60,000 nt of DNA from Callorhinchus milii (Eukaryota), in the NCBI RefSeq assembly GCF_018977255.1, contig NW_024704743.1:8062001-8122000 (forward strand), in the 5' to 3' direction. Below are positions 23,085 through 35,019 of this stretch, one piece after another (position 1 is the stretch's first letter; each line of letters starts with the position of its first letter). A program made the position numbers and the translations under genes. The notes under the pieces were generated by a model. It saw only the letters and a list, made by a program, of their open reading frames with translations, ran no database searches and was not told the DNA's origin.

Positions 23085-23754
23085 TCGCAGGCATGGGGTT
23101 AACTTTCACGTACGTGTATGCAAATGACACCTAACTATCTCTTTGCCTCCACCCTTGACTCCAGGACCACTGCTGTCCTGACAGACTGTCTATCAGACAT
23201 CAAGTTCTAGGTGAGAGCCCACTTTCTTTAGTTGAATGTTGACAAGACAGAGGGCTTCCTACTTGGCTCCCGTCAGCTCCTCCACACACATATGCTGGCA
23301 GAATCACTATTCATGGATGTACTCTCCATCTTACCAGAGGTTGGAATTTGAGAACCTCATCCTTGCTTTTAAAGCCCTCCACGGTCTTGCCCCTCTCTAC
23401 CTCTGTGACCTGCTAAAACCTCACCAATCTGTCCTCTCCCTCTGCTCAGCAGGCACTGGCCTGCTCCATTTTCCCCATCGTGCCTATCCCACCTTCAGCC
23501 CTTCCTGCCCCCACCCTCTGGAACTCCCATCTTGGAGTCCCCTTGTCTCACCCCCTCCCGTGACTCCTTCAAAGCCCATCTCGTGAGCTTCTTCTCCCAC
23601 CCCCTTTGCCCTCCACCTCTCTTAGTTCCAACCCCCAGCTTGGTAGCAAACATTCTGGGGGTTGGAATTAAGAGAGGTGGAGGGCAAACTGTCCAGCACC
23701 TTGGGACGTCCTCTCGACATGAAAGGTGCTATATAAATGCAAGTTGTTGTTGTT
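23085..23754 (+). mobile_element. L2 LINE 3' fragment with internal deletions
   Basis: HGVNFH..YANDT remnant, ILAFKALHGLAPLYLCDLL, stem-loop, (TTG)n tail. Confidence 0.88.
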
Positions 23755-23909
23755 GTGCATAATCTCTGCCGTATCTCTCTAAGTACTCTGGGATACAGTT
23801 CATCTGTCCCATGAAATGTGTTAGTTTTAAGCCCCTTTTGAGCCTATCCAGGTCCTGCCTTTCAAACAATGTTTGCTGATGGTTGGGGGGCATGTTATTC
23901 AATTCTGCT

Positions 23910-24560
23910 TGGAAATGTGTAATTCTCAATTCATATCAGACTGCCAATTTAGTAAAGAAAATAGTATCTTCTGAGTATCATCTAATTATCACCTATTTTG
24001 TTGTGGAAATAGGCAAAGGAAGTTCTGAGAGGTCGTAGAATAGCTGTTTTAGAGCCCAACAAAATGAAAACATGTAAAAACAAGTATTTGAACAGAGGGT
24101 TACAGAGCTTGACACAAATGGACACGCTTATTCAGCAATGAAGGAAATTAATTCAAGCTTGAGGCAAACCTACCTACCTACTCTTGAATGGAGCCAAAAA
24201 ACTGCTCAGATCCATGAGGGTCAAATACGACTTGCATGGAAAAGAACTCGGTAAGCTCCTACCGTATAACTTGTGAAAACATGCGCAGAATTGAATCTGA
24301 CAGCTCTTCTGTGACCCAGAAGAGATGTCAGAAATTCATGAAATACTACTCAGATTTATAAAAGTCTTGAGACTGCATTCACACCTCAGTAGTTGGCTAG
24401 CTATCTGAAATCATTACCCTTCCTAAAATGGAGGCAGGTACCTTAAGACCTCCATTAGGGAAATAATAAAACCATCAAAGGATTGCAGTCTATCTAGTAA
24501 GGCTCCAGAGCCAGGTGGATTTCAGCCCAAAGTTTACAACAAATAACCCAATGCTTTTCC
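23910..24560 (+). mobile_element. Fossil L1/Tx1-clade LINE ORF2 (linker between endonuclease and RT)
   Basis: Manual translation across stops and frameshifts: LWK*AKEVLRGRRIA, AKKLLRSMRVKYDLHGKELGKLL, CDPEEM..FMKYYSDL*KS, SKAPEPGGFQPKVYNK. These follow the order of the L1 motifs LWE.KAVLRG, GEK.GKLLA, F..YY..LY, KAPGPDGF..EFYK. Confidence 0.7.
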
Positions 24561-24631
24561 TCTCCTCCTCACTTCCTGCTATAGCAATGCAGCTTTGAAT
24601 CAGGCCGATTACTGGACACTTTGAGTGCAGG

Positions 24632-24785
24632 AACAACAATTTACATTTTTATAACACCTTTCATGTTGGAAGGACATGTCTTACGGCTGACTGGACATTC
24701 AAGTGGGTGGGGGGGGGGAGGGCGAAGAGACCAGAAGAGGGTTGTGGGGATGACCAAAAGCGAGGTTGAAAATATGGGTCTTGTA
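24632..24785 (-). mobile_element. L2 extreme 3' end, decayed
   Basis: ACAACAATTTACATTTTTATAACACCTTTCATG tail and GACCAAAAGCGAGGTTGAAAA. Confidence 0.6.
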
Positions 24786-25026
24786 AGGATGTATTTCACA
24801 CTCAGTTCCATACTTATTTTCAGCGTGAAAATTTGTTTTTATGTTTGTTTATAAAATAAAAACCTTGAATTAAAAAAAAAGAAAAAAAATGGTAAATTCC
24901 AAAAGCCTCCTCTTCTAACCTTTTTAACACAAAAGCTGATAAATTTGTGGACTAAATGGTATTGCTTCTAAAGCATGGATGGATTCAAGGGCCATTTAGC
25001 TTAGTTACCAGTAGAAATTGATCATG

Positions 25027-25425
25027 ATCCTTGCATATAGTATAGCACCTTTTACATTGGGAAGATGTCTCAATGCGTTTCATAGAATTTAAATTGAAAA
25101 CTAATTACTATTTGTAGGCAAACACTGCATCCCAATTGTCCACACCAATGAAACAACTATGAAATAAACAACCTATTTTATATGGGGATTGATTGCTGTC
25201 CAGGACCCTAGGAGTAACTCCCTTTTCTTTTGAAGTACTGCCATGGGATCATTAACAGGCAGATGGGAACTCGGTTAAATATCTAAACTGAAGGAAGGTA
25301 CCTCTGACAATGCAACACATCCCAGCACTACATTGGAGTATCAGCTTAGACTACATTCTGACTCAAACCTCACAACCTTCTGATTTGGAGGCAGGAGTGC
25401 TATACCGTCTGAGCTAGCCTGACAT
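25027..25425 (-). mobile_element. SINE family C, near full length, decayed
   Basis: Tail ATCCTTGCATATAG, Deu block TGCCATGGGATC, head CACAACCTTCTGA...GCCTGACA. Confidence 0.75.
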
Positions 25426-25520
25426 ACAAAATTGTTTGAGATATAGCTGATAAATTGGGTTCAGGTTAATTGAAAGGAAGGGACTGTTGGATCCAGTGAT
25501 GTTTCCTGGTTCTTTAACAT

Positions 25521-26515
25521 CATAGAATTAGACAGCACAGAAGGAGGCCATTCGGCCCATCGTGTCTATGCTGGCTCTTTGAAAAGAGCTATTCAATCCC
25601 GCTCCCCGCTCTCTCCCCATAGCCCTGCAAACTTATCCTACCCAAATACTTATCTGCTTCTCTCTTAAAAGTTGTTATCGAATTGGCTTCCACTACCATT
25701 TCAGGCAGTGTAGTCCAGATCTAAACAACTCGCTGTATTTTTTTAAAAAAATTCTCACCTCCCTTCCGTTTCTTTTAACAACTATTTTAAATCAGTGTCC
25801 TCTGGTTACCAATCCACCCGCCAGTGGAAATAGTTTATCCTTGTTCATCCTATTGTATCCCCTCATAATTTTGAAAACTTCTGTTAAATCTCCTCTTAAA
25901 CTTCTCTGCTCCAAGGAGAATAATCCTAGCTTCTCTAGCCTGTTTTGGTAACTGAAGTCCCTCATTCCTGGTACCATCCTGGTAAATCTCCTTTGCACCT
26001 TTCCAATGCCTTGACATCCTTCCTTTTGTGGTGCCCAGACATGAACATAGTACTGTAGCTGAGGCCTAACCAGTATTTTATAAAGGTTCATCATAACTTC
26101 CTGACTTCTGTATTCTATGCCCCTATTTATAAAGTCTAGTATCCCGTATGCTTTTTTAACAGCTTTATCTGCCTGTCCTGCCACCTTCAAAGATTTACTT
26201 ATATGAACCCTCAGGTCTCTCTGTTCCTTCACCCCTTTGAGATTCTACCATCAGCGTATATGGCCTCTCCTCATTCTTCCTCCCAAAATGCATCACTTTG
26301 CATTTCTCCACATTAATTGTACTCCCTAAAGTCCAGGTCATTTTTATAAATCAAAAACAGCAGTGGTCCCATACTGATCCCTGGGGACACCACTGCACAT
26401 TTCCTCCAGTCAGAAAAACAACCATTCACCATTATCTGCTGTTTTTGTCTTCCAGCCAGCTCTGTATCCATGTTGCCACTGTCCTTTAATATCGAGAGCT
26501 TCTATTTTGTCTACT
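25521..26515 (-). mobile_element. CR1-clade LINE 3' end
   Basis: ORF 25792-26232 (QRDLRVHI..KAYGILDFINRGIEYRS..LYKILVRPQL..VQRRFTRMVPGM..LGLFSLEQR.LRGDL.EVFKIM) is a typical CR1 ORF2 C-terminus; ends in ATTCTATG. Confidence 0.93.
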
Positions 26516-26549
26516 AAATATTTATCAAGTTTGCCTTGTCAGCTAGGTA

Positions 26550-27390
26550 GCTGACACATGCAGAAACCCATCATCATGCTTAAGAGTAACCAAACCAAGA
26601 GTTCCAAGCATCCCACCGACACAGGGATGGAAATTAGAGATATTTATTGGAATGGAATGCATATTCTTTCCATGGAGGGATGCATCCTGCTTACCTAATG
26701 CCAGAAAGTATTAGGTGCAGGTTGGCAGGAGCCAAGGCTTTGGGACCCCAGAATATGTGAGGGGTACTGCTTGAGTTTAACCAGCTAAAATCACGTAGCT
26801 TGCCATTGAGAGCACAGCCTGGCAAGCTTCCCTGCTGCTTGCACAGTTCGGACCACTCTACCTGTTGGGGCTTTGGCTTGCAGGGTCAACGAGAGCAAGA
26901 GTCCCTGCTGTCGCAACAGGTCTGGGCTCCCAAATCCTGTGGAAGAGCCAGGCATTGCTGTGCTGTTATCAGCAGTGCTGTGGAGTACTGCAGACCCGTC
27001 TGCTTTAGGAACTGGATTACTGAGGCTGTCACAGAGGATTGGCTTGATTCTGACATTTTGTTGCCAAACATGTATTCTTGGAGCCAGTTCAGCTCCAAGA
27101 AGGATAGTCACTAGTTAGTCATTTGACATCTGATAAGTGCGAGTTTGAGCCCTAACTAGATGAACGGCAGGTACCAGGAACTCCCTATGAGCTTTCTGGT
27201 GGGCAATACAGCTCAGCATGAAATACATGACAGCATCTTGCTGCCCACAGCACTGAACCATTCCCTCCCATTAAACAACGGTTCCAACAGTTGAAGGTGC
27301 AGAGCTGGAGCAACTGCTGCTCACCTCTTTGTGGATCAAGGTGGATTCCAAGAGCGGGTGTCATCGAGTAAATTTGTGCCATGGATTGAT
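26550..27390 (+). repeat. Longest copy of old repeat family X (strand given is only a reference orientation)
   Basis: Collinear similarity to six other fragments in the window. Confidence 0.75.
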
Positions 27391-28440
27391 AGAACATAGA
27401 GGTTTGTTTTTTTGCATTCAATTCTCAATCTCGGTAGCTCAATCTATCTTGGAGATGTGAAGTAATGATTTAAAACATTTATAAACAAAGAGCCTTGGTA
27501 AACTGTGTTACTACATCTGGATAACTGGATCAAGAATATTCTGAAGTTTGTGGGATTAGAAAATTTAGAAGGATGGTTTAGAAGGATTTTTTTTAGCCTA
27601 GATAAGAAAATATCACTTTGTATTTAAAACAAAGATCGTGATCTGTGCTATCACTTTTAATTTGTTTTAAAAAGATACATTTTGTCAGAAATGTAATTTA
27701 AAGAATCTTGATTCCTGTACTGTGGGCATAAGTATTGTTTGTAAAGGTTCACTGCTTGTTAAATGAGGTATACAATGAAAGTTCTTATTGCTTTTATGCT
27801 CCTATTATGGTTTTTATGACCCATTAAAAAGAAATTAACATGTTATGCTCTAGTGAGACTGACTGAAAGTAGCATCCCACTGTTTATTTTTTAGTTTGTT
27901 CAGAAATATTGAAGAAACTAAAATATGAATAAATTGTTGCTGAATACAGTATGCTTTTTTTGGGTGGGGAGTGTCAGCTGGATGTCTATGCCTATTGGAT
28001 ATCCAAAGAAGGGGCTGAAATAATTTAGTGCTTTAAAAATAACCTTCAAATTTAGATTAAATGGTGTTGCATAATTTCTGGTCATTTTAAGGTGTGGTAA
28101 AGCAATGGAAACTTTGCAAAGAACATTTGTATGTATGAATATACTAAATCTATGGGAATAAAATTTCAGCAAGCATCTTATGAAATCTACTTGCATAATT
28201 CCTATATGTGGTATTGCTGAATTTGCCTTTTATTCACCTGTGTATCAGTGGCAACTTTGTTCTAGTTTATTAGTATTAATAAAACTGGTGTCTGATCTAT
28301 AGGTAACCTATATGTATGAGTTTCATTCTCCTATTTTAGATACTTATCAACTTAAAAGTTGTGTAAATTGTCTAAGGCATTTCTGTTGCTACTCTCACTG
28401 ATAATTTTGTAAGTGTATAAATACTTTATAGGTTTTAGGG

Positions 28441-28620
28441 ATAATAATAATCCTTGCATTTGATATTGCGCCTTATCACATCTTTGAGACGTCATAAAAA
28501 GCGCTTCACAAAATATACTTTAAAGTGAATTGACTGTATAGCTTGTGGGCTAAACGCGGTAGCCAATTGTTCACAGCAGTGTCCCACAAACAGTTGTGCA
28601 TTGAGTGGCCAAATTATTAG
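28441..28620 (-). mobile_element. SINE family B 3' half
   Basis: ATAATAATAATCCTTGCATTTGATA tail plus Deu-like block. Confidence 0.85.
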
Positions 28621-28872
28621 TATTTTTTTAAATTTTATTTTATTCTAGTGGTTGTTGCACAAGCCTAAGGTGGATCAATGTGTGTGGATCATTAAATAGA
28701 TTTGGAAGAACCAGTTTATGTGCTCAGTCAGAAGAGACTGATTCAAACAGATTTTACATTATTAAGTTTAAAAGTTTATTGAATTGCTCCTCAGTAGTCA
28801 GTGGTATTTACAGCAGTGATAAGTAGTCATGTTGGGGTCCTTGAGCCTGGTTTATCTAATTTAGAATTTAAA

Positions 28873-29325
28873 TACAACAACTTGTGTTTATATAGCGCCC
28901 CTCATGCAGGTAGGATCCCAGAGCGCTTGACAAAGACCAAGCACGATGCCAAGCCTGGGGGAGGGAAGACACGGTCCAACAGGAAGGTCTTCAGGTGTGA
29001 CCTGAAGATGGGGAAGGAAGGGGCAAGGCGGAGTAATAAAGGAAGAGTGTTTCAGAGTTTTGGGGCATGAAGAAAGCACGGCCACCAATAATGGAACGGA
29101 GGGCATGAGGGATATGCAGAAGGTCAGAGTCAGTCGAGGCGGAGGCAGCCGGTTGGGGGGTAAGCAGGTTGGAGAGGAAGAGAGGTGCCAGGGTATTAAG
29201 GAATTTGAAAATGAGTGTGAGGATCTTGAAATTGATTCGGCGATAGGGAGCTTGGCTAGAACTGGTGTGATGGGGGTGTTGAGTTTAGTATGGGTTAGTA
29301 TGCGGGTGGCAGAGTTTTAGATCAG
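28873..29325 (-). mobile_element. L2 LINE 3' end, decayed
   Basis: TTG tail, stem-loop, antisense of NSATRILT and FKIL motifs. Confidence 0.8.
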
Positions 29326-29487
29326 CTGGGGACAAGGGAAATGACGTGAGCAGCACCGAATATGTACAGCAGCCCATGTGCTGTTCATATCAAGTGACAT
29401 CAGCAATAATGAGCAACCCAGACTGTCAATTTTCATTCTTTGCTTATGATGTGGCTTCTGAGATATTGAACCCAGAGGTACCACATT

Positions 29488-29548
29488 ACAACAACAAAAT
29501 TATATTTATAGAGCGCCTTTCACGTTGGGAGGACGTCCCAAAGCGCTG
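29488..29548 (-). mobile_element. Solo L2 3' terminus
   Basis: Only the stem-loop and TTG tail are present. Confidence 0.8.
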
Positions 29549-31449
29549 GGATTACCTTACAACACTTTTGGTCAACAGTTCCTTTTCTACTGGAGGGAAG
29601 CAGGAGCCTGATGATTTAAAACCTTGGTACCTTCTCCCCATTTCTTCTAGAAAGTAGAATATAAGTAGCTGTACATTTAACCCTTGCACAAGCAGATTTC
29701 TTGAAATTTCATGATAGAGGAATCTGTTTGAAACATAAATTGGCTTTGCAGTTAGCTGATGCAGTAATTATATGTTCACTGACGACCAACATTTGAAATG
29801 TGTTGCTTTGGCATTTTTCCTTCAGCTAATAAAATTGGGATTTAGATGATTTCCATCATCTCCAACCTGTGGAAAAGAGCTGGCAATCATGTAACAAGAC
29901 TTATTTTACATCTTGTTTCATGTGTGCCAACTACAGTTTCAACAGGCTGAGGATTAAAGTTTGTCCAAAACGTCCCAGTGTTTTCAGTGAAGCACTGCAC
30001 TTGATTTTGGAGATCGTTCATCACCATTACTTATTCCCATATCTTCAGGGGAGCCCAAATATAGTTGGGAAAATATTTACAATATGGAATTCTACATTTA
30101 CTCTTGTGTTTAAAAACTGCAGTATGCCAATTTTTATTGTAGATGGAGTTTTAAAATGTAATTTTGAACTACCTCCCAAGAACACTTCAACCATTGACAA
30201 AGGGATATGGTAAATACTGCTTCCTGCATGCTGAGACAGGTCCACAGCACAAATACTGGAAGGAAGGGAATTAAAGGTGGGTGGAAAGAAGGAAGAGAGG
30301 TAACATAAATTGCAGTTCCAATGTCAGCACCACTTGGATTTCTGTAGAAGGCAGAAGATCCGTTCGAAAGGGTTTATAAGTTTGTAGAACCTCCAGACCT
30401 TCAGCTTTTTATAACTTTCACGTTTTTCCAACTGAGCTTTGTTTTTCTGTCCACGACAACTTTTGAATATTAATACACCTCATTGCATTAGTATGAAATA
30501 ATTAATGCGGGAGCAGTTTAATTCAGGAATTATTTATTTAGACTTGTGCTCTGTCCCTTAAGCTGACGTAAATTCCAGGTTGCACAGCCCGGATCTATCT
30601 TGTCAATAGGGAATTGTAGTTAGTTGCTAATAAATCATTTTTCTTTTCTCCCCACCTCCCAGGACAATTGTAATACTAATTTTACAAATATATGAAGCAA
30701 CCCTGTTCTAAATTGTCAATTGGGGAGAATTCTGCATTGGGGATAAAAGGGAAGATTTAGTGGCACCAAGATAATGTACACAACAGCGCTGCTCATTTCC
30801 TCCGCTGTGGTTGAAAGGAACCCAGAGTGCATCTGGACGGTAAACAGTTGTGCAACAAACTGTTTTGTGAATATTAAAATAGCCTAAAGATTTCCCACAA
30901 ACAATTTCTCCCCCTTCCCCCCCACCCACCCCCAAAGCAGGTGCTTATAATTGCACTCCCCCTGAGTAGTTATCCTTGTCCACAAAAAGATGCCAGTACT
31001 ATACAACTATTTGACAGTTTGAAACTATCACCCTTTCTTACCCCAGTCAAGATCACCTACATGCCTACCTCTGCTTCTTAATATCTTTCAGAAATGTACT
31101 TCATAATCACCACCCACATGTGATTATCTCTTTAAGTGTTCCTCAAACTCAATCAGTTTACGTTCAAAGGGAATAAAATTAAGGCTTGCTGTAGCCCAAT
31201 AATTCAAAAGCTAAAAAGATGTTTGTGTTAAAACTCCTATGTGCGGTTATTTTGAAGATTCCTACATAGAAATTGAAATAAAATACAGTACTTCCATTTT
31301 AAATAGCATCAAATCAAACTATCGCAAAACACCTTGTACACTGATTTTGTTTGTAAAATAATGACTGAATGTAGGCAAGCATCTGCTCAAGCAGTATTTC
31401 CTAAACAGTAATAAGATAATAGTCAGTATATCTTTCTGATGAATTTGAA

Positions 31450-31612
31450 CTAGAAAGGAACGTAGGCCAGGATGCCTCAGGAAGAGGAAGAGAGTGCACA
31501 TCCCATACCAACAATCTATCTCTGGAATTTCCATGAAGATGGGAATCATGGAATTCTCAGTTTGGTTTGGATACTCTTAAGCATGGTGATGGGTTTCCGC
31601 ATGTGTCAGAAC
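31450..31612 (-). repeat. Repeat family X proximal fragment
   Basis: Reverse complement of 31562-31609 matches 26551-26598 at 45 of 48 positions. Confidence 0.75.
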
Positions 31613-31884
31613 CCCCAAAAAATCTGGTGCGAATCACTCACAGCACTTTGGCCCAGAGATTAGAATGCTACCCACTGAGCCAAACAAACACATTTCATGT
31701 GTTTACTTCATTTAAATTACATATTCAAGCTTGTAATGACATAAGTGAATGTGAGCAAAGTAATGAAATTGCATATTCAAGTTTATTACTGCATAAATCA
31801 CTGGAAACAGTAATGAGTGAGTCTATTTTGTGGGTGAAATGTTCTGCGTCTGAAAATGTCAGTTGTCCTGTTAAGACTATCCTG

Positions 31885-31978
31885 TCCTGCCCTGCTCGGG
31901 TCCTGACCCAACTGTCCAGCGCCTTGGGATGTCCTCCCGACGTGAAAGGCGCTCTATAAATGAAATGTTGTTGTTGTT
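31885..31978 (+). mobile_element. Solo L2 3' terminus
   Basis: CCTGCTCGGGTCCTGACCCAACTG..CAGCGCCTTGGGATGTCCTCCCGACGTGAAAGGCGCT plus TTG tail. Confidence 0.88.
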
Positions 31979-32384
31979 ACTGGAAATAAGCTTCACTGAA
32001 ATTTGATCTATTTGTGTGTGGTTTGCCCTTTGTCCATTTTTATTCTTGTAGGTGTGAAGCCACAAACGTTTGAAATGTGTTTTGATTCGGTTTTCAGTAC
32101 GGGAAAATCATATTAAACCTGGAACTCTGATTGTAGATATTTTCTTACAGTAAAAATGTGTTCTGTAAAAGACTATTTCTGTGTAAGAAGAGGTGGATTA
32201 TAGTGGTATAGCCATGGAGTTTGAGTTATCTAAATTGAATAGTAAATGCCTAAAAACTTTTCCCCACATTGGTTCGCAGCAGGCGATATGTAGATGAGTA
32301 TGGTAAATGAACGAAATCATTACCACCTTGAGGCTCAGTTTTTGCAAGTTAGTAACTCATCCCTTAATAGTCCTTTTATGTAGA

Positions 32385-32995
32385 GCATCAACATTGTCTC
32401 AAAGCACTTCATAGTTTTCTGTAAAGCTTAATAACTATTTATAGGCAATTTACAGCCAATTTTGCACACAGCAATGTCCCATGTTCAACCATACTGTAAA
32501 GTGAATTAACTATACATTTTGTGGGTGAAACACGGCAGCCAATTGCGCACAGTGTGGATTGCGTGACCAATTAATTATTTTTATTTTGAAGGAATTATTA
32601 CCCCCGGAAAAAAGCAATCCGCCAATCGACTAACAACCAGGTTCCTAATTACTGCTAGGTAAACTGAGGCGTGTGAAGTAAGGAAACTTGCCCAACGTTT
32701 CGCCCTCCCAGGTCTCTCGCTTGGAGATGAGTGCTCTAACCACTAAACTATAGAACTCCCAACAATCCTGTAGAATGACCAGTCAGGAGGATTGTTGGCC
32801 AGGCAGAAGCTCTTTTTTTCCCCAAATATTGTAATGGGATATTTAATGTCTACTGAATAAACAGATGCAATGCTTTATCGCAGTGTCAGCCCAATACTTC
32901 ATTGGAGTGTCAGCCTCGACTGAGTTCAAAGTCCCAATGTGGGTCTTCAACCAACAAATGTCTGACCCAGAACTTAAAAACTGAGCCAAGATAAC
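32385..32995 (-). mobile_element. Decayed SINE C interrupted by a SINE B (32489-32760)
   Basis: SINE C tail at 32385-32480 and head at 32770-32995 flank a family B body with its tRNA head. Confidence 0.7.
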
Positions 32996-33255
32996 TAAAG
33001 CATAAAACACCTTCAAGGGATTGAAGTCTCTTGCACTAGTTATCCTGCTTTTATACAGCACATTAATTCTATAGCATTTTGAATATTCATTTGATGCCGG
33101 AACAGTAGTATGAAATGTTTAAATACACACAAGTATTTTGAAACCATGTGAAGAGCTAAAGATGTTTAGTGATTGCTGTATAAAAGCAATAGCTCTTTTT
33201 TTTGCAAAAAAATCACCTCACAGCACCAGCATTCACATAATAACATATAATAATT

Positions 33256-33866
33256 TTAATCCTTGCATTTGATATAGCAAAGATTCCTTGGCACTATTTG
33301 AAAAGAGAAGGGAGTTTCTCCAGGTGTCCTGTCCAACAATCCCCAAGTAAAATTGGTCATTCACTCCCTCGCTGTTTGTGGGTGCTATGGCTGCCATGTT
33401 TCGCCCACAAAACATTCAGTCAATCCACTTTATAGTATAGCCTGTGAAGTGCTTTTGAGACTCTCAACAATCCCCCAAATGAAATTGGGTCACTCACTAC
33501 ATTCACTATTTGTGGGACATTACTGTGGGCAACTGGCTGCTGCGTTTTGCCCACAAAATATACAATCAAAAAAAATACAAAAATATCAATCCACTTTACT
33601 TATAGCCTGTGAAGTGCTTTTTCTTTTTCTAAGCCTTTTCTTTTCAAATAGTGCCAAGGGATCCTTAATATCTACCTGAACAGATAGATGAGATAACGGT
33701 TTTATGTCTCATCTGAAGCACAGCACCTCCGACAAATGCAACAAACCCCAGCACTGCGTTGGAGTATCACCTTAGATTTATGTGATTCCAGGTCCCGACG
33801 TGGGGCTTGAACCAGCAATCTTCTGACTCAGAGGCGAGAGTGTTATCACTCAGGCAGGCTGACACC
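33256..33866. mobile_element. Rearranged SINE C with inverted and duplicated middle
   Basis: Minus-strand tail (33256-33278), plus-strand Deu/tail segment present twice, minus-strand head (33634-33866). Confidence 0.75.
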
Positions 33867-35019
33867 AAAGAGCCTGGATTCAAAAGAGATGTCAGAGGTT
33901 GGTGAGCAGTACGTGTGCATGGAACTCTGTCCTGTGAAGCATTCTAGTGAGGTGTGTATATAACCGGGCAGTCCTATTAAAATAACTCTATAAATGATTA
34001 GAAATAGAGGATATTTTTTTTCTTAGCTGCATTGTGAATCTGGTCTTTCACTAAGTGTTCACTTTGTTATAAGTAGTGGTCATCACAACATTTAATCACT
34101 ACACTATTTAATCATTACACTTTGTTTTAAACGATTCCTTCATTGCAGCATAAAAGGATGCCAAAAGCATGAATTTTCATGAAGCATAAAAGTGCTGTGG
34201 CCGCAATCCTGAAATGCTCTCACTCAGTAGGAAATAATTCCTAAAAAGCACATTGGTGCCTTTGTGTTTGATATCAGTAAGCAGGCATTTTTCATTCCAG
34301 TTTTAGTCTCTTGAAATGATATGATGTTCTTGCCTTGTGTAAAGATATCTCTATTGGCTAATGGATCATTTACTTTTCTCGTCAGTAGGTTGGTTCCCTG
34401 TGTTTAATCAATTTTTTGTTGGTAATAAGAAACAAAACACTTCATTTGGGGGAAAAAAATAGAAGAAGGTTCTACTTTTGACATTGAAGGCCTTAGGTTA
34501 CAAGGACTGCAGAAAATATGCTTGGGCTTTCACTATTGCTGCCAGACACTTCCAGAATCTTTGGTGTTCGTCGCCCTGCTTCATTATGCCTGGTACACTT
34601 TTATTTGTACCAGGAATGTCTTGTCTGCTTCAGATATCTTATTTACCAACATTTTATAGAAGTCGGCCCAGACAGGCTCTAGGCAAGCCAGTGCTACAAA
34701 AATGATTGTCACCTCAGTGCCTGAGAGGTCTGGGTTTACTTCATGCCAAAACAAATGTTTTTGAGTTGATATCCTTTGTTTCTGTTCAGCAGGTTTCGGC
34801 TCCTAGATGCTAAATCTTATTGGAATATTTTAATGTAAAGGATTCTCTTTTCTCCAGCCTAGCGTGGGTGAGGGAGAAAAGGAAACTTGAGAAGATCTAT
34901 GTTGCTGAGAACCCCTCTGATTAGTGTAACCTCGCCCACAAAACCCACAAATAAAATTGATCATTCACTTTATGACTGCTTGTGAGGCATTGTTGTCTGA
35001 AAATTGGCTGCCATGTTTG

